Source: Candidatus Moraniibacteriota bacterium (GTDB lineage Bacteria > Patescibacteriota > Minisyncoccia > Moranbacterales > UBA1568). Taken from it: DNA of 64,000 nucleotides. Below are positions 9,651-20,506 of the stretch, in pieces; position 1 is the first letter of the stretch; every line of letters begins with the position of its first letter. The DNA is taken from assembly GCA_016699875.1 (NCBI GenBank), contig CP064989.1, positions 776,788-840,787 on the forward strand, read 5' to 3'. The notes beneath the pieces are model-generated. The model did no database searches. It had not been told where the DNA came from and saw nothing but the letters and a program-made list of their open reading frames with translations. Both the position numbers and the translations under genes were made by a program.

Positions 9651-9786
9651 GGGTGAATGGGATGGATAAAATGTGAAATGGGAGCGAGAGTCTTGCGCGG
9701 TGTTGTTTTGGATGGAGAGTCTGACTTATAGAAGTGCGAATGTGGTATACTTGAAACAAGTTCGGATTGTATGAAGAAAATATCGT

Positions 9787-11703
9787 ATGGGCATACAAGA
9801 CCTCGATGAGCAGCTTCATAAACACGATGGAACGCCGCGTGAGCCGTTATATCAAACAAAAGAATTCGATCCGAGTCGTGTTTCGAATGACGTTGAAAAG
9901 TTGTCACTTGAAAAAACAAGCGGATGGAGCGCTGTTCGTAAGCGGTTTGCAGTCGATCAAACAAAGGCGGTTCATCTCGGTATGTGGGCAATCGGCGTGA
10001 TTACCCTGGTAGCGCTTCTTGCGGGAACATTCGTTCGGATTCAACAGTCTTTATTTTCGCAAGATCGTGTGACTGTTTCCGTGACGGGACCGAGCAATGT
10101 GAATAGTTCGGATATCACGGATTTCGTCATCTCCTACGAGAATGCCAACCGATCGGGACTTGCTGATGCGGAATTGATCGTTTCTTATCCGCCGGGATTT
10201 ATTCCGGAAGGGAATGAAAGCACCTTCCGCAATGACGCTTCATCGAGCACGGTTACGATCGGCACTATTAATGCCTTTGAGAAAAAGACGCTTGACTTCT
10301 CCGGGAAGTTTTATGGGTCAAAAGATTCAATCGCGTATATTCACGCTGAATTGCGGTATCGACCGAACAACGTGCAGAGTCAATTCTCATCAGCCGGACA
10401 GAAGAGCGTCAACTTGAGGAGCGCATCACTTGCAGTAGAGCTGGAAGCGCCGCTTTCGGTACCGCCATCGGGAGAAGTGAATTATTTAGTGAATTACGAA
10501 AATACGAGCGATGCAACGCTTTCGAACATACGCATGAAAGCGGCATTTCCCTCAGGTTTTTCTCTCAATGATTCCGATCCGAAGCCGTCTGAAGGGGAAG
10601 TAGTATGGTATCTGGGAAGTATTGCTGCGGGCGAACGCGGGAAAATTCGCCTGACCGGAAATATGAGTGGCGTGCCCAATGAAACGAAGACGCTCAAAGT
10701 TGAGTTTGGAACCTTTCAGGGTGATAATACATTCTTTGCCTATAGCGATGCTGAGCGTACAACAAGAATAGTGGCAGCACCTTTCAGTATTCGACAGTCT
10801 TTGAATGGTTCGATGCCGGGAGCGGTAAATCCCGGTGATTCTTTGCGGTATACGGTGTCCTATCGAAATGACAGCGAGATAGCCTTGCGAGAAGCTATCA
10901 TCACCGTGGAATTGGAGGGGGATGCCCTTGATTTCTCCCAGCTTCGTCCGGAGAAAGGGGCTTATGATAGTCTTCGGAAAACGATTACTTGGAAAGCCTC
11001 TGATATCCAACAACTCGCAAATCTTACCTCGGGTGCTTCAGGGAAAGTCGAGTTTGCTGTGCCAGTTCGAGATGATCTTGTCCCGAAGAGTGTGCTGACA
11101 AAGAACTTCCAAATAAGGACAATAGCAAGAATTGAGAGTCCCGATGTTCCCAATCCAGCCGGAGCCAATAAAATTGTTGCAACCGATACAATGTGGGAAA
11201 AAGTGAATTCCCGACTCCTTCTCGAAACCGCTGGGTATTACCAGGACAGCACGCTGCCGAACACGGGTCCTATTCCTCCGGCAGTCGGCAAGAGCACTAC
11301 CTATACGATGCATTGGTTGTTGTCGAATACGACAAATGATGTGACGGGAGTGGAGGTGTCGGCTGATCTTCCAACCGGCGTCGCGTGGACCGGGAAAACG
11401 TTTCCGAATACTGAGAACATCTCTTATAACGAACGCACAAATAAGATTATATGGAATGTCGGGAGTCTTGGTGTTGGAGAGGGAATCCTTTCGCCAAAGC
11501 GAACCGTGGTTTTTCAGGTGTCAATCCGTCCGGAGGTAAACCAGGTGGATACGTCACCGTTGTTGCTCGGTATGTCATCTGCCAAGGCAACAGACGTCTT
11601 CACGAATGAGACGATTCAATCGACTGCATCGGAGAAAACAACGAACCTCCGAGAAGACGATTCTCTTCCTTCGAATAGCTCTCGGGTCGTGAATGGAGAA
11701 TAG
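9787..11703 (+). CDS. Membrane-anchored surface protein with four tandem DUF11/CARDB-like beta-sandwich repeats
   Basis: 638 aa; N-terminal cytoplasmic segment then TM (LGMWAIGVITLVALLAGTF); four ~110-aa repeats each with a 'VxYxxxYxNxS/G' pattern (VISYENANRSG; LVNYENTSDATLSN; YTVSYRNDSEIAL; TMHWLLSNTTNDVTG). Confidence 0.7.
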   Translation: MGIQDLDEQLHKHDGTPREPLYQTKEFDPSRVSNDVEKLSLEKTSGWSAVRKRFAVDQTKAVHLGMWAIGVITLVALLAGTFVRIQQSLFSQDRVTVSVTGPSNVNSSDITDFVISYENANRSGLADAELIVSYPPGFIPEGNESTFRNDASSSTVTIGTINAFEKKTLDFSGKFYGSKDSIAYIHAELRYRPNNVQSQFSSAGQKSVNLRSASLAVELEAPLSVPPSGEVNYLVNYENTSDATLSNIRMKAAFPSGFSLNDSDPKPSEGEVVWYLGSIAAGERGKIRLTGNMSGVPNETKTLKVEFGTFQGDNTFFAYSDAERTTRIVAAPFSIRQSLNGSMPGAVNPGDSLRYTVSYRNDSEIALREAIITVELEGDALDFSQLRPEKGAYDSLRKTITWKASDIQQLANLTSGASGKVEFAVPVRDDLVPKSVLTKNFQIRTIARIESPDVPNPAGANKIVATDTMWEKVNSRLLLETAGYYQDSTLPNTGPIPPAVGKSTTYTMHWLLSNTTNDVTGVEVSADLPTGVAWTGKTFPNTENISYNERTNKIIWNVGSLGVGEGILSPKRTVVFQVSIRPEVNQVDTSPLLLGMSSAKATDVFTNETIQSTASEKTTNLREDDSLPSNSSRVVNGE

Positions 11704-11746
11704 TGATCTGGTTCTTGACCGAGACTTTTGTTTCGGGGTAGGGTGA

Positions 11747-12913
<1,167 letters not shown>

Positions 12914-12940
12914 GAGGGACTGTCTCAGTGTGTCTGGGAT

Positions 12941-12969
12941 TTGACAATCTGAAAGGAACACTCTATACT
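12941..12969 (+). promoter_or_regulatory. Sigma70-type promoter TTGACA-17-TATACT upstream of rpoB leader
   Basis: ttgaca 12941-12946, 17-nt spacer, tatact 12964-12969; followed by ~300-nt untranslated leader before rpoB. Confidence 0.55.
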
Positions 12970-13266
12970 CCCATGACAGTCGAAATGAGAGCGAACTCTC
13001 AGGGAATCACGATCATGGACAGAAGCCCCTCGGAATTCGCAGCGGTTTGAAGTGGAGCCGGAAAAGGAAAAGATTGCAAAGCAAGGAAGGGGAAGATATG
13101 ATAGAAGGAGGAAGTGTACGAAAGGGTCTTTTTCAAGCGAATGTCAACGCTTCTGTCTCGGAGATATAACAATTCATTGTAAGCGAATCTAATTTCTCAT
13201 CTCCTGCCGTCTTTCGGGAGCGTTTTTTGTTCTCCGAGAGGCGGGAGAAGGGATGAGCGTCTTTCT

Positions 13267-16200
13267 ATGCCCAAAAAAGAAGCGGTCAGAAAAGAAGAGA
13301 AGGTACTGAAGATTCGCGATTCGTTTCGTTCGGGATCGTCCCTTTCGACGCGAAAATTCTTCAAGCGGCGCATTATGGTGTCGCTTCCGAACCTTATCGA
13401 CGTGCTTACAAGTTCGTACATGTGGTTTTGGGAGAAGGGTTTCAAAGAATTGCTCGAAGAAGTGAATCCTATCCGTGATTTTACCAATAAAGATCTGGAG
13501 CTTCGCTTGGGTGACTACTATCTTGACGAGCCGAAATACGATGAAGTGACCGCCAAAGCAAAGAACATTTCCTATGAGGCGCCGCTTCGCGCCAAGGCGA
13601 CGCTTACTTTCAAGAAAACGGGAGAAGTGAAAGATCAGGAGATTTATCTTGGCGAATTTCCGATCATGACCGATCGGGGGACATTTATTATAAACGGTGT
13701 TGAGCGCGTCGTTGTGAGTCAGTTGATTCGTTCTCCGGGAGCGTTCTTCACCATGAACTATCAGAAAGGTAAGAAGCTTTTCGGTGCAAAAATCATTCCG
13801 AATCGTGGCGCGTGGCTTGAGCTCGAGACCGATCTCGACGGAGTGATCTCTGCGAAGATAGATCGGAAGCGGAAGGTGCCGGTGACGGCGCTCTTGAAGG
13901 CGTTTGGCTGCGGCAATGACGAGACGCTCCGAGGTTTGTTTGCCGATACGGATACGGGGGAGGTGCGCTATATCGAGGAAACTCTCTCGAAGGATCCGAC
14001 TCGCACCCAGGGTGAAGGATACAAGGAAGTCTATAAGCGACTTCGTCCGGGTGACTTGGCGACCGAAGAAAATGCGAAGCAGATGATTGACTCGATGTTT
14101 TTCAATTACGAGCGCTACGATTTTGGAAGTGTTGGGCGGTATCGCCTCAATCAGCGGCTCGAAACGAACCGTGAAGACCTCGAGGCAAATCGCGTGCTGA
14201 ATGTCGATGACTTGGTGCTTATTATCCGCGAAATCATCAGGCTTAACAACGATCCGGAGGCGAGACCGGATGATATCGATCATCTGGGCAATCGCCGCGT
14301 GCGCGCCGTGGGTGAGCTTATTCAGAACAAGCTACGCGTAGGGCTCTATCGCATGGTGCGAAATATCAAGGATCGCATGAGTACTTGTGATGTTGAGACG
14401 GTGATTCCGGGACAGCTCATCAACCCGAGACCGGTCGCGGCAGCGGTGAAAGAATTTTTCTCGAGTTCGCAGCTTTCGCAGTTTATGGATCAGGTGAATC
14501 CGCTGGCAGAGCTTGAACACAAGCGCCGTCTCTCGGCAATGGGGCCGGGCGGACTTACGCGTGAGCGAGCGAGTTTCGAAGTGCGCGATGTGCACTCATC
14601 GCACTATGGGCGTATTTGTCCGGTGGAGACGCCGGAAGGACCGAATATCGGCTTGGTTGGACATATGGCGACCTATGCGCGCGTCAATGAATACGGATTT
14701 CTCGAGACTCCCTACTTGCGCGTCCAGAAAGATATCGCTGTTGAAGATGCTCAGGAATTGGTAGGAAGGATTCTGAACGAGCCAATTGCCGGCAATGAAG
14801 TCGGTACATTGATCGACGAATCACTTGCCGGGAAAATCGCAAGGGAGCGAAAGGGTGGCACGGTTCGAGTAAAACCGTTCATTACTCTCGCTATCGATTA
14901 TCTCAATGCTATTGTCGAAGATCGAAAAATTATCGCACATGCCGGTATCGAAACTGACGAGAAGAACAATATTCTGGAGCCGCTTGTTGAAGCTCGTGTG
15001 AATGGTCATCCGGAGATGATTGAGGCGGAGCGCGTAGACTATGTGGATGTTTCTGTGAAGCAGTGCATTTCCGTGGCAACCTCGCTCATTCCATTTTTGG
15101 AACATGACGATGCAAACCGCGCGCTCATGGGTTCGAATATGCAGCGCCAGGCGGTGTCTTGCGTGGTTCCTGACGCGCCGCTCGTGGGGACGGGTATTGA
15201 GGATAAGGCGGCGGCTGATTCCGGACAGGTGATTCTTGCTCGGCAAGATGGCGAAGTAATCGAGGTGGATGCGAGTCATGTGGTGGTAAGGGAATCGGCG
15301 CCGATCGGTTCGAAGAAGGCTCATTTTGATTATGTATACGCGCTCAAGAGTTTTGCCAAGTCAAACAATTTCACGAGCATGAACCAAGTGCCGCGTGTCG
15401 CGAAAGGGCAACTGCTCAAGAAAGGTGATCTCATTGCGGACGGTGCCTCGACGGATCGCGGCGAGTTGGCGCTCGGGCAGAACGTGGTTGTCGCATTTGT
15501 TCCGTGGCAGGGCTACAACTTTGAGGACGCCATCATCATGTCGGAGCGATTGCTGCATGAGGATCGCTACAGCTCTATTCATATCGAAGACTTTTCTCTT
15601 GATGTGCGCGACACGAAGCTTGGTCCCGAGGTAGTGACGCGCGATATCCCGAATATCGGTGAAGATCGTCTGAAGAACTTGGATGAACAGGGAATTATCC
15701 GTATCGGTGCCGAGGTGTCTTCCGGTGACATCCTGGTTGGGAAAATCTCCCCGAAGGGGGAGGGTGACCTCACGGCGGAAGAACGATTGCTTCGCGTTAT
15801 CTTTGGTGAGAAGTCGCGCGATGTGAAAGATTCGTCGCTGTACCTTCCACACGGTGAGCGCGGAAAGGTAGTGGATGTGAAGATATTTTCTCGAGAACAG
15901 GGCGACAAGCTCTCCATGGGCGTGTTTCAGCAGGTGCAGGTTTCGGTGGCGCAGCTTCGAAAGGTTTCGGTAGGGGATAAGTTTGCCGGCCGCCATGGAA
16001 ACAAAGGCGTGGTTTCTCGCATTGCGCCGATCGAAGATATGCCGTATCTCGAAGATGGTACGCCGGTTGACATGATCTTGAATCCGCTCGGCGTAGCGAG
16101 TCGTATGAACATCGGGCAGATTCTTGAAACACATCTCGGATGGGCGGCAAAGAAGCTTGGTTATACAGTGGCGACGCCGGCGCTCGATGGCGCGACTGAA

Positions 16201-16686
16201 GCGGATATCAAGGCCGAGCTCCACAAAGCCGGACTCCCCGAAAACGGAAAGGTCCGACTTCGTGACGGAAAGTCGGGGGAATACTTTGACAATGAATCAA
16301 CTGTCGGCGTTATGTATGTGATGAAGCTCAATCACTTGATTGATGACAAGCTCCACATGCGTTCCATTGGACCGTACTCACTTATTACGCAGCAGCCTTT
16401 GGGCGGCAAGGCGCAGTTTGGCGGGCAGCGGTTTGGAGAGATGGAAGTGTGGGCGCTCGAAGGATATGGAGCCGCGCATACGCTGCAGGAAATGCTGACC
16501 ATCAAGTCCGATGATGTGCTTGGTCGATCGAAGGCGTACGAGTCTATTATCAAGGGAGAGCCGATTAAGAGTCCGAATATTCCGGCGTCATTCCATGTGT
16601 TGGTGAATGAATTGAAGGGTCTGTGTCTCAATGTTGATTTGGTGGGCGCGACACCGGTCGCCTCCGAAGAGGATGATCATTCATAA
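13267..16686 (+). CDS. rpoB: DNA-directed RNA polymerase subunit beta
   Basis: 1139 aa; hallmark motifs (GDKFAGRHGNKGVVSRI, NMQRQAV, rifampicin cluster region); true start may be downstream (e.g. MVSLPNLIDV at 13375). Confidence 0.95.
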   Translation: MPKKEAVRKEEKVLKIRDSFRSGSSLSTRKFFKRRIMVSLPNLIDVLTSSYMWFWEKGFKELLEEVNPIRDFTNKDLELRLGDYYLDEPKYDEVTAKAKNISYEAPLRAKATLTFKKTGEVKDQEIYLGEFPIMTDRGTFIINGVERVVVSQLIRSPGAFFTMNYQKGKKLFGAKIIPNRGAWLELETDLDGVISAKIDRKRKVPVTALLKAFGCGNDETLRGLFADTDTGEVRYIEETLSKDPTRTQGEGYKEVYKRLRPGDLATEENAKQMIDSMFFNYERYDFGSVGRYRLNQRLETNREDLEANRVLNVDDLVLIIREIIRLNNDPEARPDDIDHLGNRRVRAVGELIQNKLRVGLYRMVRNIKDRMSTCDVETVIPGQLINPRPVAAAVKEFFSSSQLSQFMDQVNPLAELEHKRRLSAMGPGGLTRERASFEVRDVHSSHYGRICPVETPEGPNIGLVGHMATYARVNEYGFLETPYLRVQKDIAVEDAQELVGRILNEPIAGNEVGTLIDESLAGKIARERKGGTVRVKPFITLAIDYLNAIVEDRKIIAHAGIETDEKNNILEPLVEARVNGHPEMIEAERVDYVDVSVKQCISVATSLIPFLEHDDANRALMGSNMQRQAVSCVVPDAPLVGTGIEDKAAADSGQVILARQDGEVIEVDASHVVVRESAPIGSKKAHFDYVYALKSFAKSNNFTSMNQVPRVAKGQLLKKGDLIADGASTDRGELALGQNVVVAFVPWQGYNFEDAIIMSERLLHEDRYSSIHIEDFSLDVRDTKLGPEVVTRDIPNIGEDRLKNLDEQGIIRIGAEVSSGDILVGKISPKGEGDLTAEERLLRVIFGEKSRDVKDSSLYLPHGERGKVVDVKIFSREQGDKLSMGVFQQVQVSVAQLRKVSVGDKFAGRHGNKGVVSRIAPIEDMPYLEDGTPVDMILNPLGVASRMNIGQILETHLGWAAKKLGYTVATPALDGATEADIKAELHKAGLPENGKVRLRDGKSGEYFDNESTVGVMYVMKLNHLIDDKLHMRSIGPYSLITQQPLGGKAQFGGQRFGEMEVWALEGYGAAHTLQEMLTIKSDDVLGRSKAYESIIKGEPIKSPNIPASFHVLVNELKGLCLNVDLVGATPVASEEDDHS

Positions 16687-16730
16687 AACAATACACACTT
16701 CGTATTCTTCAACTCTAATTTTCCAACACT

Positions 16731-19700
16731 ATGATGGAAGAAACTGGCATTACTAAGGTAAGCGACTTCGAGAGTGTGCGGCTCACGCTTGCTTCTCCGG
16801 AACAGATGCTCGAGTGGTCGAGCGGAGAAGTGACAAAGCCCGAAACGATCAATTATCGAACTCAGCGATATGAACTCGACGGACTTTTCTGCGAAAAGAT
16901 ATTTGGTCCGTCGAAAGATTGGGAGTGCTATTGCGGCAAGTACAAGCGCGTGCGTTACAAGGGTATCGTGTGTGACAAGTGCGGTGTTGAGGTGACACGG
17001 TCGGTGGTGCGTCGCGAGCGGATGGGTCATATCAAGCTGGCAGCGCCTGTTTCGCATATCTGGTTCTTGCGCGGCGTGCCATCAAAGATCGGTCTGGCAC
17101 TGGGCCTTTCTCCGCAGGAGGTGGAGAAGGTTGTGTATTTCTCGTCTTATATTGTCACGTCGGTCAACGAGGAAGCTCGAGAGCAAGCGATTAATCAGCT
17201 TGAGCGCGAGTACAAATCGAAACAAGGCGACGTGAAAGAAGAGTCTGGAACAACAAAGCATCTCGAAGAGAGTCTCAATGCGCTGAAAGATCAATACCGG
17301 ACAGCAAAAGACGATATTAAGGGAATCGAACTCTTCCGCGTGTTGTCCGAAGTGGAATATTTCAATCTCTCGACGCGTTTTGGACAGATGTTTACAGCCG
17401 GTATCGGCGCTGAGGCAATTCGCAAAGTTCTGGAGAATCTTGATATTGATCAAACAATCGAACGCCTCAGAGAAGAACTCGAGGCGAACGGTATGAACGA
17501 TGAGAAGAAGACGCTTCAGCGACTCAAGCTCTTTCAAGGGTTCAAGAAATCGGAACTGAAACTTGAGTGGATGTTGCCAACGATGATCCCGGTTATTCCT
17601 CCGGATCTTCGCCCGATGGTGGCGCTCGACGGTGGACGTTTCGCAACATCCGATCTGAATGATCTCTATCGTCGTATTATCAATCGAAACAATCGTCTCC
17701 GGAGACTCCTTTCGATCAATGCGCCAGAGGTAATTACGCGCAATGAGAAGCGTATGCTTCAGGAGGCGGTGGATGCGCTCTTTGACAACAGTGCCCGGCG
17801 CGGCCAGGCGTCGACGGCAGCCTCTACGGGGCAGCGTCGCCCGCTTCGATCACTTGCCGATGCGCTCAAAGGAAAGCAAGGTCGGTTCCGACAGAATCTC
17901 TTGGGAAAGCGCGTTGACTATTCCGGTCGGTCGGTTATTGTCGTTGGTCCGCAGCTGAAGCTGCATCAAGCGGGATTGCCGAAGAAAATGGCACTCGAAC
18001 TCTTCAAGCCCTTCATCATTCACAAGATGATCGAGAAGGAGTATGCGCACAATGTCCGCACGGCAGGGCGAATGGTGGATGCGGAGACGGAAGAAGCCTA
18101 CGAAATTTTGGACGAGATCATCGAGCATCACTATGTGCTTTTGAATCGCGCCCCAACGCTTCACCGCTTGTCGATTCAAGCGTTCCAGCCGGTTTTGATC
18201 GAGGGGAAGGCGATTCGCTTGCATCCTCTGGTGTGCTCGGCGTTCAATGCGGACTTCGATGGTGATCAGATGGCGGTTCATGTTCCGTTGACCGATGAAG
18301 CGCGTGCGGAGAGTGCCAACCTCATGCTGTCGTCGAAGAATCTTCTGAAGCCGGCATCTGGCGAACCGGTTGTGACTCCGTCGCTTGATATGGTGCTTGG
18401 AATTTATTATCTGACACACATCAAGAAAGGCGCGAAGGGAGAGGGGAAAATACTGAGCTCCATGAAGGAGGGTGTTTATCTCTACAACTCAGGATTGGCA
18501 GATGCGAATGCGAGGGTGAAACTTTTGTTCAACGATGAGGTTATCGATACGTCTATCGGGCGGATTCTTTTGAACGACATTTTGCCGGAGTCGCTTCGCT
18601 TTGTAAATGCGGAAATGACCAAAAAGGATTTGAAGGGTTTGGTAGCTCAAATATTGGCAACCGAAGGAAGCGAGCAGGCGGCGCTCTTTGCGGATCGCGT
18701 CAAAGATCTTGGTTTCAAGGCTGTGTCGCATTCCGGTATTAGCTGGGGAATGGATGATCTCGTAGTGCCAGCTGAGAAGAAATCGACGATCGAAGCGGCA
18801 GAGCGACAGATTGCCGAAGTGAAAGAGCAGTATCAGATGGGATTGCTCACCAATGAAGAGCGTCGGAATCGAGTGATTGAAATCTGGAATGCGACGAAGA
18901 ATACGATTACCGAGTTGGTTCGGGAGTCGATCGACAAAGACGGACCGGTCTATTCCATGATTTACTCGAAGGCTCGTGGTACCGAATCTGTCGTTGTGCA
19001 GATGACCGGTATGAAGGGACTTATGGCGGGTCCGACCGGTGAGACGCTTGAACTTCCGGTAAAGAGCTCCTTTAAAGAAGGATTCAATGTGTTGGAATAC
19101 TTTATTTCAACACACGGCGCAAGAAAGGGTATGGCGGATATCGCGCTTCGCACGGCGACCGCTGGCTATTTGACTCGCCGATTGGTTGATGTGTCGCAAG
19201 ACGTTATCGTTCGCGAGGCAGACTGCGGCGACACCGAAGGTGCGACGCTGTATCGTGAAGATAGCGATAGCGTGGGTGTTTCTTTTGCTTCTCGAGTCGA
19301 GGGTCGCGTGTCTCTCGAGCAAATCAAAACGGAAACCGGGAAGATTCTTGTGAAAAAGGGCGAACTCATTACCAAAATGCAGGCTCAAGAGATTGAGCGT
19401 CGCGAGATTCCGAAAGTGCATATTCGCAGCGTGGTGACGTGCCGGACACGTCGAGGTGTCTGTCAGAAATGTTACGGCGTTGACTTGGGACGAGCATCTC
19501 TGGTGCAAGAGGGGCAGGCGGTTGGTATCGTCGCGGCACAGGCTATCGGTGAGCCGGGAACGCAGCTTACGATGCGGACCTTCCACATCGGAGGTGTTGC
19601 CGGGTCGGACATTACGCAAGGACTCCCGCGTGTTCAGGAAATCTTCGAAGCTCGCCAGCCGAAGGGTGAGGCGGTGATTTCTGAAGTAGATGGGAAAGTC

Positions 19701-20363
19701 ATCTCTATCTTGAGTGAAAGTTCCAAGACCACGTCTATTAAAGTGGAAACAACTGATGGCGAGATGAAAGAGTATCTTGTGCCGAACGGAAGCGGTATTC
19801 GCGTTGAGAAGGGAGACCTCATTGCAAAGGGGCAGGCGCTTATCGAGGGGAGCCTTGATCTTCGTAAGCTTTTCGAAGTGATGGGTCGCGAGGCATTGCA
19901 CCGCTATATTCTTCGGGAAATTCAAGAGATCTATGCTTCGCAAGGCGAGGGCATAAACGACAAACATATCGAGGTCATCATTCGTCAGATGCTTTCTCGT
20001 GTCCGTATTCTGGATTCCGGAGATGCCGATCTTTTGCCGGGAGACATTGTCGAGAAAGACCAATTCGAAGAGGCAAATGAGGAAGCAGTAACACTTGGCG
20101 GGAAACCGGCTGTCGGGGAACAACTCCTCCTCGGTATCACCAAAGTGGCTCTCTCGACGGAATCATTCTTATCTTCCGCATCTTTTCAGGAGACGGCTCG
20201 CGTGTTGATCAATGCGGCGGTGACTGGTCGTGCCGACAAACTCCGTGGTTTGAAGGAGAATGTGATTATCGGTCGGTTGATTCCTGCGGGAACAGGATTT
20301 CTGGATCGCCAGATGGCGACAGCTTCTTCACTATCTCCGGAAGCGGATTCTTCTGTGAAATAG
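16731..20363 (+). CDS. rpoC: DNA-directed RNA polymerase subunit beta'
   Basis: 1210 aa; Zn finger CGKYKRVRYKGIVCDKCGVEV, catalytic NADFDGDQMAVHVP. Confidence 0.95.
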   Translation: MMEETGITKVSDFESVRLTLASPEQMLEWSSGEVTKPETINYRTQRYELDGLFCEKIFGPSKDWECYCGKYKRVRYKGIVCDKCGVEVTRSVVRRERMGHIKLAAPVSHIWFLRGVPSKIGLALGLSPQEVEKVVYFSSYIVTSVNEEAREQAINQLEREYKSKQGDVKEESGTTKHLEESLNALKDQYRTAKDDIKGIELFRVLSEVEYFNLSTRFGQMFTAGIGAEAIRKVLENLDIDQTIERLREELEANGMNDEKKTLQRLKLFQGFKKSELKLEWMLPTMIPVIPPDLRPMVALDGGRFATSDLNDLYRRIINRNNRLRRLLSINAPEVITRNEKRMLQEAVDALFDNSARRGQASTAASTGQRRPLRSLADALKGKQGRFRQNLLGKRVDYSGRSVIVVGPQLKLHQAGLPKKMALELFKPFIIHKMIEKEYAHNVRTAGRMVDAETEEAYEILDEIIEHHYVLLNRAPTLHRLSIQAFQPVLIEGKAIRLHPLVCSAFNADFDGDQMAVHVPLTDEARAESANLMLSSKNLLKPASGEPVVTPSLDMVLGIYYLTHIKKGAKGEGKILSSMKEGVYLYNSGLADANARVKLLFNDEVIDTSIGRILLNDILPESLRFVNAEMTKKDLKGLVAQILATEGSEQAALFADRVKDLGFKAVSHSGISWGMDDLVVPAEKKSTIEAAERQIAEVKEQYQMGLLTNEERRNRVIEIWNATKNTITELVRESIDKDGPVYSMIYSKARGTESVVVQMTGMKGLMAGPTGETLELPVKSSFKEGFNVLEYFISTHGARKGMADIALRTATAGYLTRRLVDVSQDVIVREADCGDTEGATLYREDSDSVGVSFASRVEGRVSLEQIKTETGKILVKKGELITKMQAQEIERREIPKVHIRSVVTCRTRRGVCQKCYGVDLGRASLVQEGQAVGIVAAQAIGEPGTQLTMRTFHIGGVAGSDITQGLPRVQEIFEARQPKGEAVISEVDGKVISILSESSKTTSIKVETTDGEMKEYLVPNGSGIRVEKGDLIAKGQALIEGSLDLRKLFEVMGREALHRYILREIQEIYASQGEGINDKHIEVIIRQMLSRVRILDSGDADLLPGDIVEKDQFEEANEEAVTLGGKPAVGEQLLLGITKVALSTESFLSSASFQETARVLINAAVTGRADKLRGLKENVIIGRLIPAGTGFLDRQMATASSLSPEADSSVK

Positions 20364-20398
20364 TGAGGGGAAGAATCAAAGAGAGAATATACACAATG

Positions 20399-20432
20399 AA
20401 AACGATCCCAAGTTGGGATCGTTTTCATTTTT
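20399..20432 (+). terminator. Rho-independent terminator after rpoC
   Basis: stem aaaacgatccc / gggatcgtttt followed by cattttttg. Confidence 0.75.
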
Positions 20433-20488
20433 TGTGGGTAGGTATGTCTCTCGGCGCAGGTCGTATTTTTTCTTTTCTGTAAGGTATT

Positions 20489-20497
20489 TGGTATAAT
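20489..20497 (+). promoter_or_regulatory. Extended -10 promoter (TGgTATAAT) 9 nt upstream of ftsK ATG; leaderless-type
   Basis: tggtataat at 20489-20497, ATG at 20507, no SD. Confidence 0.5.
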
Positions 20498-20506
20498 ATC
20501 CCCATT

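Noticed and set aside
13189-14283. Long minus-strand ORFs antisense to housekeeping genes: 13189..14283-, 15361..16224-, 19107..20123-, 54940..56487-, 45419..46417-, 52359..53324- and 11942..12961-
   Set aside because: They lie fully inside well-supported plus-strand genes (rpoB, rpoC, fusA, exonuclease/ndk, M23 peptidase, tgt). Their translations are Arg/His-rich with no motifs, so they are typical shadow ORFs.
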